From: an uncultured Nitrospiraceae bacterium
GTDB taxonomy: Bacteria > Nitrospirota > Thermodesulfovibrionia > Thermodesulfovibrionales > SM23-35
Assembly: GCA_963727775.1 (NCBI GenBank)
Contig: CAVSHB010000002.1
Span: forward strand, 32,001 to 96,000
Reading direction: 5' to 3'
DNA length: 64,000 bases
Of this stretch, positions 40,850 through 51,283 are shown piece after piece. The notes under the pieces are model-generated. The model made no database searches and had not been told where the DNA came from. It was given only the letters and a program-made list of their open reading frames with translations. How positions within the stretch are numbered: the stretch's first letter is position 1; the number at the start of each line of letters is the position of its first letter. A program made the translations under genes and the position numbers.

Positions 40850-42403
40850 ATGAAAGGCAAAGTTTATTTAGTCGGCGCAGGTCCGGGAGACATAGGTCTT
40901 CTTACGATAAAAGGGCTGAAATGCCTCAAGAAGGCTGACGTGGTTGTCTATGATTTTCACCTAAACGCACAGGTTTTAAATTATATCAACCACGATGCGG
41001 AGTTCATCTATGCCGGAAAGCGCGGCGGTCACCATACCATGACCCAGGATGATATCAACACTGTCCTTGTTCAGAAGGCAAAAGAAGGTAAAATGATATG
41101 CAGGCTTAAAGGTGGGGACCCCTTTGTATTCGGACGTGGAGGAGAGGAAGCAGAGGCACTGTCGAAAGAAGGGATAGAGTTTGAAATTGTGCCCGGCGTG
41201 AGCTCTGCGATTGCAGCCCCCGCGTATGCCGGGATCCCGCTGACGCACAGACTTTTTTCGTCTTCCTTTGCGGTCATTCCGGGATATGAGGATGCAGCGA
41301 AAAAGGAGAGCACAATTGAGTGGTCAAAAATCGCGACTGGTGTGGGAACACTGGTGTTTCTTATGGGTGTTAAAAATGTGGACCTGATAGCTCAGAAGTT
41401 AATCGAGAACGGCCGTTCATCCGACACCCCCGTCGCGGTTATCAGATGGGGCACAAGACCGGATCAGAAGACGATTGTAGGGACATTGAAGAACATTGCC
41501 GAACTCGTAAAAGAAAAGCATATCAAACCTCCTGCGGTAATGGTTGTCGGAGATGTGGTGAAACTCAGGGGGTCCCTGCAATGGTATGAGAAGAAGCCGC
41601 TGTTTGGCCACAGGATACTCGCAACAAGAGAACACGCTGAAGGGTTTGAACCATTGGAAGAACTCGGCGCTGAGATTATTGAATTCCCGACAATAGATAT
41701 TGTACCTCCTGAAAATTACGAGGAGCTTGATGATTCGATTGACAAAATAACGACATATAACTGGCTGATTTTCACAAGTAGAAACGGTGTGAAATATTTT
41801 TTCAAAAGGTTCCTGGACAAAGATTTGGATATCAGAGAGTTAAAAGGAATAAAGATCTGCGCTATAGGCACAAAAACAGCTGAAGAGCTGAAACATTATG
41901 GGTTAAAGGTTGATTTAGTGCCAGATGAATTCCGGGCTGAAGGACTTATTCAATCGGTTCAAGAGCTTGAGGGTTCAAAGCTTAAAGGTCTCAGATTTTT
42001 ACTCCCGCGGGCCGAGAAGGCAAGGGAGATATTTCCGGAAAAAGTGAGGGAACTCGGCGGAGAGATAGATGTGCCTGTTACATACAGGACGATAAAACCT
42101 GAACATCGCGGGAAAAGGCTGAGGAGGTTTTTGAAAGAGGGAAGAATTTCAATAGCTACCTTTACAAGTGCGGCAACATTCAACAATTTCAGGGACATCA
42201 TGGGAAATGATGCAGAGGACCTCCTCAAAGGAATCACAATCGCGGCCATTGGACCCGTTACAGCAAAGGCTATTGAAAAAGCCGGACTTCGCGTGGACAT
42301 CATGCCGGAAAAGGCTACCATCGAGGCAATGGCAGCAAAGATCATTAAATGGATAAGAGAAAAAGGAAAAAGAGAAATAGAGAATGTGAGTGATTTGTCC
42401 TAA
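40850..42403 (+). CDS. cobA: Uroporphyrinogen-III C-methyltransferase / uroporphyrinogen-III synthase fusion
   Basis: LVGAGPGD, RLKGGDPFVFGRGGEE, then HemD domain (FTSRNGV, FTSA, AIGPVT). Confidence 0.93.
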   Translation: MKGKVYLVGAGPGDIGLLTIKGLKCLKKADVVVYDFHLNAQVLNYINHDAEFIYAGKRGGHHTMTQDDINTVLVQKAKEGKMICRLKGGDPFVFGRGGEEAEALSKEGIEFEIVPGVSSAIAAPAYAGIPLTHRLFSSSFAVIPGYEDAAKKESTIEWSKIATGVGTLVFLMGVKNVDLIAQKLIENGRSSDTPVAVIRWGTRPDQKTIVGTLKNIAELVKEKHIKPPAVMVVGDVVKLRGSLQWYEKKPLFGHRILATREHAEGFEPLEELGAEIIEFPTIDIVPPENYEELDDSIDKITTYNWLIFTSRNGVKYFFKRFLDKDLDIRELKGIKICAIGTKTAEELKHYGLKVDLVPDEFRAEGLIQSVQELEGSKLKGLRFLLPRAEKAREIFPEKVRELGGEIDVPVTYRTIKPEHRGKRLRRFLKEGRISIATFTSAATFNNFRDIMGNDAEDLLKGITIAAIGPVTAKAIEKAGLRVDIMPEKATIEAMAAKIIKWIREKGKREIENVSDLS

Positions 42404-44430
42404 TGAGCCTTCCCGGAATAGACAACCTTGTCTTCTTTTTTGTAAACAGAGACCTTCAGAACAGATTTTTTGATATCTTCATGCCCTTTATAACAGACAA
42501 ATCCTACCTGTTTTACATGCCTGTTTTGTTATGGTTCCTTTTGAAAGAGAGAAAGCACGCACTGACTGTCCTCGCACTCGCATTTGCTTCTCTCTTAATT
42601 TCTGACTGGGGGGCAAATATATTGAAGCACTTTTTTGAGCGCACGAGGCCATGTAATGCGCTTGAAGGGGTAAGAACTTTGGTAGGGTGCACAGGGTCAT
42701 TTTCCATGCCTTCAAACCATGCTGTAAATGCCTTTGCTTTTATTACCCCGTTCTGCAGTATGCTCACGGGCGGACTTCGATATGTCCTTATAGTTCTCGC
42801 AGTTCTTGTGGGCTTCTCGAGGGTTTATGTGGGCGTCCATTATCCATCCGATGTTATCGCAGGAGCACTGTTTGGGGTACTTTTGGCTGCCGGGGTGATC
42901 AAAGGATATAAATGGTCATTGAAAAGATATGAAGTAAGGCCGCATACAACTCTGCTTTTTGTTTTTCTTCTGGCGATAAGTTTCTTCCGGATATACTTCA
43001 TTCTGAATAGTCCGTTCGATTTAAGTCCTGATGAAGCTCACTATTGGGAGTGGTCACGCAGGCTGGATCTCAGTTACTACTCGAAAGGTCCGATGATAGC
43101 GTATCTGATCCGTTTAGGAACATTTTTTTTCGGTGACACCGTTTTTGGTGTACGTTTTATGGCTGTTATGTCCTCTTTGCTTGGCAGCGTTTTCCTTTAT
43201 ATTTTCGGTAAAGGGCTCTATGATGAACAGGTCGGATTGTCTTCAGCAATAATTATGCAGATAATCCCTTTGTTTTCAGTGTTCGGTGTGCTGTTTACTA
43301 TCGATTCTCCGTTTATTTTCTTCTGGATTTTGTCTCTGTTTTTTTTCTGGAAATCCATCAACAGTCAATCTCAAATCGCAAACCGCAAGCCCCGGATATA
43401 TTGGCTTCTTCTCGGCCTGTCCATAGGACTCGGCCTTTTGACGAAATATACAATGGCCTTCTTTTATATCTGTGCATTTCTTTTTTTGGCGCTGTCGAAC
43501 GAATACAGGAAACTCCTGTCTACTAAAAATCCCTATATCGCTTTTTTAGTCAGCTTTCTGGTTTTTAGTCCGGTCTTACTCTGGAATGCGGACCACGACT
43601 GGGTCACGTTCAGGCATACAGCCGGACAGGCGCATATTGCAGACGGTATCCAGATATCGTTTCAAAGTCTTTTTGAATTTTTAGGCTCGCAATTCGGCGT
43701 AATAACCCCTGTTTTATTGCTGCTTATGATCGTCTCTCTATGGAAACTGAGAAAAAAACCGGAAGGCTCTTTCTTATTCTGGTTTTCGGTTCCTGTGGTC
43801 GTTTTCTTTTCATTAAAGAGCATTCAGGGCAAGGTCCAGGCAAATTGGGCTTTGCCTGGATATATAACTGGAATCGTCGCTTTCTCTGCTTTTTACATGA
43901 AAAGATTCATCTCCAGCTCCGGCGGTAAGAAAATTCTCATAGCGTCAGCCGTTCTACTTTCGTTCATCGTAACTTCAGTAGCTCACTATCCCGCGATGCT
44001 CAACCTTCCTGTCAGTCTGGACCCCGCGACAAAACTTGAAGGATGGAAGGAGCTTGGCACAGAGGTTTCCGCTATATATAAGAAGATGTCTTCGGGCCAT
44101 CCCGTCTTTATTTTTTCCGACAGTTATCAAACAGCAAGCGAACTTGCTTTTTATGTGAAAGGTCATCCTTTTACCTATTGCGTTAATATAGACCGCAGGA
44201 TGAACCAGTATGACCTCTGGCCGGGGTTCAACAGTTTATCCCATTACGATGCGATTTTTGTCATGACAGATGATGCCGAGGTACCTGAAAAAGTTGCTTC
44301 TGCTTTTGAAAAGATTGAGAAAAAGGTTTTTACTGCTTATACTAAAAAACATGTTAAGCTTAAAGACTATTCTATGTTTATGTGTTATGATTTCAAAGGA
44401 TTAAAGCAAGATAAAACGGAGACTTATTAA
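42403..44430 (+). CDS. PAP2 phosphatase fused to ArnT/PMT-like (GT-C) glycosyltransferase
   Basis: K-x6-RP, PSNH, SRVYVGVHYPSD; then DEAHYW, KGP, LTKY motifs and many TMs. Confidence 0.85.
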   Translation: MSLPGIDNLVFFFVNRDLQNRFFDIFMPFITDKSYLFYMPVLLWFLLKERKHALTVLALAFASLLISDWGANILKHFFERTRPCNALEGVRTLVGCTGSFSMPSNHAVNAFAFITPFCSMLTGGLRYVLIVLAVLVGFSRVYVGVHYPSDVIAGALFGVLLAAGVIKGYKWSLKRYEVRPHTTLLFVFLLAISFFRIYFILNSPFDLSPDEAHYWEWSRRLDLSYYSKGPMIAYLIRLGTFFFGDTVFGVRFMAVMSSLLGSVFLYIFGKGLYDEQVGLSSAIIMQIIPLFSVFGVLFTIDSPFIFFWILSLFFFWKSINSQSQIANRKPRIYWLLLGLSIGLGLLTKYTMAFFYICAFLFLALSNEYRKLLSTKNPYIAFLVSFLVFSPVLLWNADHDWVTFRHTAGQAHIADGIQISFQSLFEFLGSQFGVITPVLLLLMIVSLWKLRKKPEGSFLFWFSVPVVVFFSLKSIQGKVQANWALPGYITGIVAFSAFYMKRFISSSGGKKILIASAVLLSFIVTSVAHYPAMLNLPVSLDPATKLEGWKELGTEVSAIYKKMSSGHPVFIFSDSYQTASELAFYVKGHPFTYCVNIDRRMNQYDLWPGFNSLSHYDAIFVMTDDAEVPEKVASAFEKIEKKVFTAYTKKHVKLKDYSMFMCYDFKGLKQDKTETY

Positions 44431-45377
44431 TGACACTCTCGGTAGTCATCCCGCTTTACAACGAAGAAGAAAATGTTCATCTGCTTTACGAAAAATTAAG
44501 GGAAGCTCTCGACCCCCTGAAGCAGGAATATGAAATCCTTTTTGTTGACGATGGGAGTACTGACGGAACGCTTTCAGTACTCGATGTGATCCAGGCAAAG
44601 GATAATCGTATAGTCGTGGTGAGCCTGAGACGAAATTTCGGACAGACGGCGGCATTTGCAGCCGGATTCGATTTTGCGCGGGGAGATGTTATAGTAACAA
44701 TGGACGGTGACTTGCAGAACGACCCTGCCGACATCCCTAAACTTCTCGAACGTATCAAAGACTATGATCTTGTGAGCGGCTGGAGAAAAGAGAGGAAAGA
44801 CCCCTTTTTCACAAGAAGGCTTCCTTCCATAATGGCAAACTGGCTGATAAGTAATGTTACAGGGGTAAAGCTTCATGATTATGGATGTTCCCTGAAGGCA
44901 TACAGGCGAGATGTGATTGAGAATCTTAAGCTTTATGGCGAGATGCACCGGTTCATTCCGGCTGTAGCGAGCTGGTACGGTGTCCGTATAGCGGAAGTTG
45001 AAACCGTTCATCATCCGAGGACGCACGGGAAATCAAAGTACGGAATATCACGTACGGTAAAGGTCGTTCTGGATTTGATTACCGTGAAATTTCTACAGAG
45101 TTTTTCCACAAGGCCTATTCAATTCTTCGGACCTGTGGGTGTTTTGAGCGGCTTGCTCGGTTTTCTTATTCTCCTTTCCCTGAGCATGGACAAACTGGTT
45201 AAGGGGCGTGATATAGGGGGCAGACCTCTCCTTTTGCTCGGCGCCCTTTTAGTGATCGTCGGTATTCAGCTTATCGGTATGGGGCTTTTAGGGGAAATGC
45301 TTGTTAGGGTTTACCACGAAAGCCAGAAAAAACCTATCTATGTGATTAAGAAGATCCTTGGCCCTGAAAGTAAATAA
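44430..45377 (+). CDS. GT2 polyprenyl-phosphate glycosyltransferase (ArnC-like)
   Basis: IPLYNEE, RNFGQTAA, MDGDLQNDP, HDYGC, HRFIP. Confidence 0.9.
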   Translation: MTLSVVIPLYNEEENVHLLYEKLREALDPLKQEYEILFVDDGSTDGTLSVLDVIQAKDNRIVVVSLRRNFGQTAAFAAGFDFARGDVIVTMDGDLQNDPADIPKLLERIKDYDLVSGWRKERKDPFFTRRLPSIMANWLISNVTGVKLHDYGCSLKAYRRDVIENLKLYGEMHRFIPAVASWYGVRIAEVETVHHPRTHGKSKYGISRTVKVVLDLITVKFLQSFSTRPIQFFGPVGVLSGLLGFLILLSLSMDKLVKGRDIGGRPLLLLGALLVIVGIQLIGMGLLGEMLVRVYHESQKKPIYVIKKILGPESK

Positions 45378-46290
45378 AATATTTTTTACCATTATAAAGC
45401 TCGCCGTAAGCTCGTTCCTGCTTTATATTGTTCTTTCGAAAACAGGGCTTGAGAAAGTCTTCGAGATATTGAAAAAAATGAGTCTCCCCGCTTTTTTCGC
45501 CGCCATATTACTTAATATATTTGCCCAGTTAATATCTACTTTTAGGTGGAGGTTTCTCCTGCCGGCGGGAATCGGAATACGAAAGCTCTTTTCCCTTTAT
45601 ATGATAGGAGCTTTTTTTAATAACTTTATGCCGGGAGTTATAGGTGGAGACGCCGTTAAGGGATATTATCTTTACCAGGCAACCGGAAAAGGCGGCCTAA
45701 GCCTGGCTTCTATTTTCATGGATAGATATATAGGCTTTGTGGGGTTGCTTGCGATATGTACCGCTGCCTTTCCTTTTGGCTTTAAATATATGCAGGGTTC
45801 ACGTGTGGAATGGTTGCTGCCTTTGGTCGTTTTGTCTTTTATCGTCGCAAGTCTTTTAATTTTTGGGCTACGGCTCGGTAAAAGATTAAGGACGCTTTCC
45901 GAGTTTTACAACTATTTTCATGCATACAGAAACCAGAAAGAGGTCATCGGAAAGGCATTCCTGCTGTCGGTGTTGATACAGGTATCAGCCGTTGTTGCCG
46001 TATATCTGTTGTCGCTGGGAATCGGGCAACATGTTCCGATCCTTGCGTGCCTCATTTTCCTGCCCCTCATCGTACTTTTTACAACAATTCCCCTCTCTAT
46101 TTCCGGTCTTGGAATCAGGGAAAGCGGTTTCGTGCTTTTTTTTGGACTTGTCGGCATAAAACCCGAGGCTGCAACAGCAATCTCCTTAGCGTGGTTTATC
46201 GCTACTTCCATCGGTAGTCTTATCGGGTTGTTCGAATATATCAAATACAAGAAAGAAAGCATTTCTATTGAGATAAAAAGTACGGATTAG
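45358..46290 (+). CDS. Flippase-like membrane protein (lysylphosphatidylglycerol synthase TM / UPF0104 family)
   Basis: RW, FFNNFMP..GGD, DR, GLGIRE motifs; multiple TMs. Confidence 0.8.
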   Translation: MALKVNKIFFTIIKLAVSSFLLYIVLSKTGLEKVFEILKKMSLPAFFAAILLNIFAQLISTFRWRFLLPAGIGIRKLFSLYMIGAFFNNFMPGVIGGDAVKGYYLYQATGKGGLSLASIFMDRYIGFVGLLAICTAAFPFGFKYMQGSRVEWLLPLVVLSFIVASLLIFGLRLGKRLRTLSEFYNYFHAYRNQKEVIGKAFLLSVLIQVSAVVAVYLLSLGIGQHVPILACLIFLPLIVLFTTIPLSISGLGIRESGFVLFFGLVGIKPEAATAISLAWFIATSIGSLIGLFEYIKYKKESISIEIKSTD

Positions 46291-46300
46291 GAGGTGGAAA

Positions 46301-46795
46301 ATGAATATTTATCTTGTTCAGCACGCAGATGCAAAATCGGAAAAAGAAGACCCTTCGCGACCGTTGTCTGAAAAGGGCCTGCAGGATATAAAGAGGATTG
46401 CTTCATATGTTGCGACACTGAATATAGCGGTCCATAAAATATTCCACAGCACTAAATTAAGGGCAAGGCAGACGGCGGAGGTACTGTCAGAAAACCTGAA
46501 ACCAAAGGGTAGTATATCAGAGGCAGACGGACTCTTTCCTCTGGATGACCCGAATATTTGGGCTGAACGACTCCGAAACATAAATGAAGACAGCGTTATA
46601 ATAGGCCATCTCCCCCATCTTGGGAAACTGGCTTCTCTGTTGCTGTGCGGGGACGTTAATAAGAATATCGTGTCTTTCAGGATGGCCGGAATCGTCTGCC
46701 TTAAGAGGAATGAGTCCGGTGCATGGTCTCTGGAATGGTTATTAATCCCGGAGCTAATTGAAGAAAAAAATGTCGGTCCCTGTGACGGATTGTAA
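46301..46795 (+). CDS. sixA: Phosphohistidine phosphatase SixA-like
   Basis: YLVQHA, RPLSEKG, RARQTA, GHLPHL. Confidence 0.85.
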   Translation: MNIYLVQHADAKSEKEDPSRPLSEKGLQDIKRIASYVATLNIAVHKIFHSTKLRARQTAEVLSENLKPKGSISEADGLFPLDDPNIWAERLRNINEDSVIIGHLPHLGKLASLLLCGDVNKNIVSFRMAGIVCLKRNESGAWSLEWLLIPELIEEKNVGPCDGL

Positions 46796-46840
46796 GGATT
46801 GCGATAAATAATTTTATAGCCTTTGGGGTAGGAGGGAAAA

Positions 46841-48223
46841 ATGAGGCTTACTTTTCTTGGAGGAGTGAGGACTGTCACAGGCTCCTGTTTTTACATTGAA
46901 TGTAATAATCTGAAGTTTCTCATTGATGCAGGCTTGTATCAGGGTGAAGGAGATGATGAGATAAACAGAAATGCCTTCGCTTTCCAGCCTGAAAAGATTG
47001 ATTACATCTTTATAACCCATGCTCATCTGGACCACTCGGGAATGCTGCCGAGGGTTGTTAAGGAAGGGTTTAAGGGAAAGATCATAACAACATCCGCAAC
47101 CAGAGACCTCCTTGAGCCGATGCTGTATGACTCTGCGCATATACAGGAGAGTGATGCTGAGTGGTTTAACAAAAAGGCTGTCAGGGCCGGAAAACCTCCG
47201 GTCATTCCTTTGTACACTATAGAGGATGTTGAGGACGTAATCCCTCTCTTTGATACAAAACCTTACGGTGAGTTGATCCATCTCGGCAATGGAGTCAAAT
47301 ACAGGTTTCTTGACGCGGGGCACATACTCGGTTCAGGCACACTCGAATTATGGTTTCAGGACAGTGAAGAGGAAAAGAAAATCGTATTTTCAGGCGATAT
47401 AGGGAAGAAAGATAATCCTATAATCAAAGACCCCTTAGCGCCTGTTGAAGCTGATTTTATCGTGATGGAGTCAACTTATGGAAACAGGACACACAAACCG
47501 CTGACACAAAGTATAGATGAATTAGTCGATGCCGTAAAAGCTACTTTTAAAAAAGGAGGGAATGTCTTTATCCCGTCATTTGCCGTCGGAAGGACCCAGG
47601 ACATGCTTTATATATTGAATAATCTTGCGAGAGAGAAAAGGCTTTACAATATAAATGTTTATCTTGACAGCCCATTGGCAGAAGAGGTAACCAGGGTATA
47701 TCTTGCGCATCCTGAGTGCTATGATGACGAGGCAAAGGTCCTTTTTTCACAGAGAGATTTTGATGACTCAATAAAATTGCATTTTGTGCAGAGCGTCGAG
47801 GACTCAAGGGCATTAAACAGAATAAAATCAGGCATCATTGTAATTGCGGGGAGCGGCATGTGCGACGGGGGGAGAATACGCCATCACCTTAAACATAATT
47901 TATGGAGACCTGAGTGCAGCGTTGTATTTGTTGGATTTCAGGGACGGGGCACGCTGGGTAGAAAGATTGTTGATGGCGCGAAGTCTGTTCATATACTCGG
48001 AGATGAGATAGCGGTCAAAGCATCTGTTTACACAATAAACGGTTTTTCCGCACATGCAGACCAGGCAGAACTCATCGGTTGGCTAGCGTGCTTTAAAGAT
48101 TTACCCGAGGTATTCATAGTGCATGGCGAAGAAGATGTCGCCGTATATTTCGGCGAACTTGTGAAAGAGAAATTCGGTATCAGGACACATGTCCCTGAAA
48201 GGGGTAAAATTTTTGAGCTTTGA
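46841..48223 (+). CDS. Metallo-beta-lactamase / beta-CASP ribonuclease family
   Basis: THAHLDHSG, AGHILGS, ESTYG, FSAHAD, VHGE. Confidence 0.92.
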   Translation: MRLTFLGGVRTVTGSCFYIECNNLKFLIDAGLYQGEGDDEINRNAFAFQPEKIDYIFITHAHLDHSGMLPRVVKEGFKGKIITTSATRDLLEPMLYDSAHIQESDAEWFNKKAVRAGKPPVIPLYTIEDVEDVIPLFDTKPYGELIHLGNGVKYRFLDAGHILGSGTLELWFQDSEEEKKIVFSGDIGKKDNPIIKDPLAPVEADFIVMESTYGNRTHKPLTQSIDELVDAVKATFKKGGNVFIPSFAVGRTQDMLYILNNLAREKRLYNINVYLDSPLAEEVTRVYLAHPECYDDEAKVLFSQRDFDDSIKLHFVQSVEDSRALNRIKSGIIVIAGSGMCDGGRIRHHLKHNLWRPECSVVFVGFQGRGTLGRKIVDGAKSVHILGDEIAVKASVYTINGFSAHADQAELIGWLACFKDLPEVFIVHGEEDVAVYFGELVKEKFGIRTHVPERGKIFEL

Positions 48224-48253
48224 TTTGGAAGCAAACCACCGGAGGCTTAATAA

Positions 48254-49780
48254 ATGATTGAGTCTACATTGTTAATATTAACGGTTTTGGTTTTGGTGTC
48301 AGTAATTATTTCTATTATATTATTGACTAAAACTTCGACCGCAAAAATTGAAGCGAAGTTCGATTCTTTTGAAAAAAATCAGGAACGGGTTGAGAAGACG
48401 TTAAAGGAAGAATTAGTTCAAAACAGGGAAGAGACATCTAAAAACTCCAAGCAGTTACGGGAAGAGACAATAATTTCTTTGAAATCGTTTAACGATTCAC
48501 TTCTTCAGACTATGTCAAATATTGCCAATCTGCAAAAAGATCAGCTTGATACCTTTTCAAAGCAGCTTAATATATTAACAGCTTCAAATGAAGAAAAGCT
48601 GTATAAAGTGACTCAAACTGTTGAAGAAAATGCTAAGAATAACAGGGCGGAATTGAGCAAGTCACTAAAGTCGTTTGAAGATAATTTTACTTCAAAGGTG
48701 AATGAGTTTAATGAGTTGCAAAAGCAAAAATTCGACGGTTTGACAAATAGACAAACGGAATTAATTCAGTCTACTGAGCTGAAACTTGAAAAAATGAGAG
48801 AAACAATCGAAGCTAAACTGAAATTGATCCAGGATGACACTAATGACAAGCTTGAAAAAATGAGAGCAACAGTAGATGAAAAACTCCACAAAACGCTTGA
48901 GGAAAGACTCAGTCAATCTTTCAAAATTGTCAGTGAGAGACTGGAATTAGTTCATAAAGGGTTAGGTGAAATGCAGACTTTGGCTGTCGGGGTAGGCGAT
49001 CTGAAAAAAGTGTTATCGAATGTGAAGACAAGAGGAGTACTTGGAGAAATACAATTGGGCAATATTCTAGAACAGCTTTTGACTCCTGAACAATATGCCA
49101 AAAATGTAGCTACAAAAAAAGGCAGCAGAGATAATGTGGAATTTGCCATTAAACTTCCTGGGAAAGATGATTCGGGAGAGCCCGTATATCTGCCCATAGA
49201 TTCCAAGTTCCCGATTGAAGACTACCATGTATTAATGAATGCTTATGAACATGGTGAAGCGATAACTATTGAGAATGCCGCTAAACTGTTTGAGAATAAG
49301 ATAAAGAGCTTTGCTAAAGATATAAGAGATAAATACATCGATCCTCCATATACAACAGATTTTGGAATCATGTTCTTGCCTGTTGAAGGCCTTTATGCTG
49401 AGGTAGTAAGAAGAACAAGTTTAATCGAAGTTTTACAGAGAGATTTTAAAATTATCATTACCGGCCCAACCACATTGGCGGCAATATTAAACAGCTTGCA
49501 AATGGGCTTTAAGACTCTTGCAATAGAAAAACGTTCAAGTGAGGTATGGAAGATATTGGGAGCTGTTAAAACGGAATTTGAAAGATTTGGCGGTGTCTTG
49601 AAAAAGGCCCGAGAAAAGATAGATCAGGCGGGCGCCGAAATTGATGATTTAGTCGGGACCAGAACAAGACAAATTCAGCGTAAACTAAAAAATGTTCAGG
49701 AATTGCCGATACAAGAATCCAAATTATATATATCGGATGGAGGGTCTGAAAATGAACATGAAGAGACGGAAGAAAAATAA
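48254..49780 (+). CDS. rmuC: DNA recombination protein RmuC
   Basis: N-terminal TM, coiled coil, KTRG..GE, IDSKFP, FLPVEGLY, GPTTL. Confidence 0.92.
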   Translation: MIESTLLILTVLVLVSVIISIILLTKTSTAKIEAKFDSFEKNQERVEKTLKEELVQNREETSKNSKQLREETIISLKSFNDSLLQTMSNIANLQKDQLDTFSKQLNILTASNEEKLYKVTQTVEENAKNNRAELSKSLKSFEDNFTSKVNEFNELQKQKFDGLTNRQTELIQSTELKLEKMRETIEAKLKLIQDDTNDKLEKMRATVDEKLHKTLEERLSQSFKIVSERLELVHKGLGEMQTLAVGVGDLKKVLSNVKTRGVLGEIQLGNILEQLLTPEQYAKNVATKKGSRDNVEFAIKLPGKDDSGEPVYLPIDSKFPIEDYHVLMNAYEHGEAITIENAAKLFENKIKSFAKDIRDKYIDPPYTTDFGIMFLPVEGLYAEVVRRTSLIEVLQRDFKIIITGPTTLAAILNSLQMGFKTLAIEKRSSEVWKILGAVKTEFERFGGVLKKAREKIDQAGAEIDDLVGTRTRQIQRKLKNVQELPIQESKLYISDGGSENEHEETEEK

Positions 49781-49890
49781 AACTTAAATATTTTCATAAT
49801 GTCCTGTAAAATAGCCATATTCGTTAGGAGGCATATTATTATTGCTTAGTTTTTAGGGTGGATTATATGGAAATTTAAAAAGGAGGGGTT

Positions 49891-50172
49891 ATGTCAGAGA
49901 AATTGAATTATGAGGAGTTTGTAAAAAAAGCAATTGTCAGTCTGAGGAAAGAGGGGTATAAAGGGATTCATTCCGTATATTCCGGGTTCAATAATGCGTT
50001 CAAGAAATACTTCGACGGAGAGAACCCGGTTGAAGCTACGAACAAACTCGCGATGGAAGGCAAGCTGGTAATAAGGCCCGTTAAGGGTGGTGTCATGCTT
50101 TATCTTCCTGAAGATGCGCCTATTGCAAGAGATGCGGCTGAAGATGCGCTAAAGAAGATGGGACTTGAGTGA
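49891..50172 (+). CDS. Small hypothetical protein
   Basis: Strong AAGGAGG RBS, 93-aa globular-looking sequence (GIHSVYSGFN). Confidence 0.75.
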   Translation: MSEKLNYEEFVKKAIVSLRKEGYKGIHSVYSGFNNAFKKYFDGENPVEATNKLAMEGKLVIRPVKGGVMLYLPEDAPIARDAAEDALKKMGLE

Positions 50173-50304
50173 AGTCGGGGATTGCTGAGAAAGCATAAGA
50201 AATAAGAAATAAGAAGGGTGTTAGGTGCTTTCAGGTATGTACGGGTTTGCTCGGATGGATGATCAACTCTGATTACCGGAAGACCACGGACTAAGGGCGA
50301 GAAT

Positions 50305-50871
50305 CTATGATACCGGGGTCACTCCGATAGAGTTGATCCATTCGATAATTTCTCTCTTCATTTCCTTCGCATTATAGCCGTGCCACCGTTTTCTTTCTTT
50401 CGGATAATCAATAAGGACATCCTTGAATTTCCTGAAAGCCCCTTTCCCGCCCAGGGAAAGGGAAAGTTCTTCTTTAAACACGGGGTCTTCAATAGTATCA
50501 ATAAATGCAGCCATGGATTTATATGCAACTGACTTATTTCGTTCAGGGATACGTACAAATCGTTCAGCTTCGTCAAGAAAAATTTCCAGTGCAAGCTCTA
50601 TCTCGTCATGCATCCAATCAGGCAATTCGGGTTCTTCATCAAATTCTATATACTCTACATCGTCCCTTATCTCGTCGGAGTCACTGTCGTATAATCTCGC
50701 TTTGACCTCATCGAGGATTTCTTCTGAAAACGATATAACCTCGCCGGTCTCAAGGTCAAGAAAGTAGTCGAATGTCTCCCTCGAAATATCCTCCATGGCT
50801 TTTTGTATCTCAGCAAAACTTACCCTAAGGCTTTTCACAATGTGTGCATTATTCGGGTTAATTACCGGCAA
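50305..50871 (-). CDS. UPF0158 family protein
   Basis: YFLDLETGEV, GKGAFRKFKD, W motifs. Confidence 0.8.
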   Translation of the reverse strand: MPVINPNNAHIVKSLRVSFAEIQKAMEDISRETFDYFLDLETGEVISFSEEILDEVKARLYDSDSDEIRDDVEYIEFDEEPELPDWMHDEIELALEIFLDEAERFVRIPERNKSVAYKSMAAFIDTIEDPVFKEELSLSLGGKGAFRKFKDVLIDYPKERKRWHGYNAKEMKREIIEWINSIGVTPVS

Positions 50872-51283
50872 ACATCCTCTTAAATTCTTCGTTCTTTGCG
50901 CACGCCCTTCTCCAACTGCATTTTTTACAATATATCGTCGCCCACTTGCCGAATACCTCTGGAATTCTGTCTTTTATGTCCAGCCAGTTAATGCTGTCAT
51001 GTTTTTTTATCCGCAGCAGTTTCAGCGCCAGACTGTCCATCTCTCTTATCTCAGCTTCGGCGACCTCATTGTAAAAGCATTCCTCATTTTTCAGATAAGG
51101 ACACATCCTGCAGACATCATCGGCCTCCGGGGAAACCTTAATCTTTGTTCCCGCCTTTGCTCTGTTTATCAGTTGAGAGAGATTTTCAATGAATTCAGAG
51201 GTGTATCCCTCGCCCTTAAAGAAATGGAGACAAATCAGATGATGGCCTCTAAACCTTATAGCCGGTTCTCGAACATTTTTCAT
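50858..51283 (-). CDS. DUF1284 family Cys-rich protein
   Basis: RGHHLIC, GYT.EF, DDVCxxCP, CxxCxW..C; ATG 51283 overlaps queC stop. Confidence 0.82.
   Translation of the reverse strand: MKNVREPAIRFRGHHLICLHFFKGEGYTSEFIENLSQLINRAKAGTKIKVSPEADDVCRMCPYLKNEECFYNEVAEAEIREMDSLALKLLRIKKHDSINWLDIKDRIPEVFGKWATIYCKKCSWRRACAKNEEFKRMFAGN

Noticed and set aside
40644..40853. 69-aa ORF upstream of cobA/hemD, and the 123-aa ORF at 5905-6276
   Set aside because: No RBS or protein-like features; the first runs through the structured repeat and the second overlaps the RRM gene out of frame
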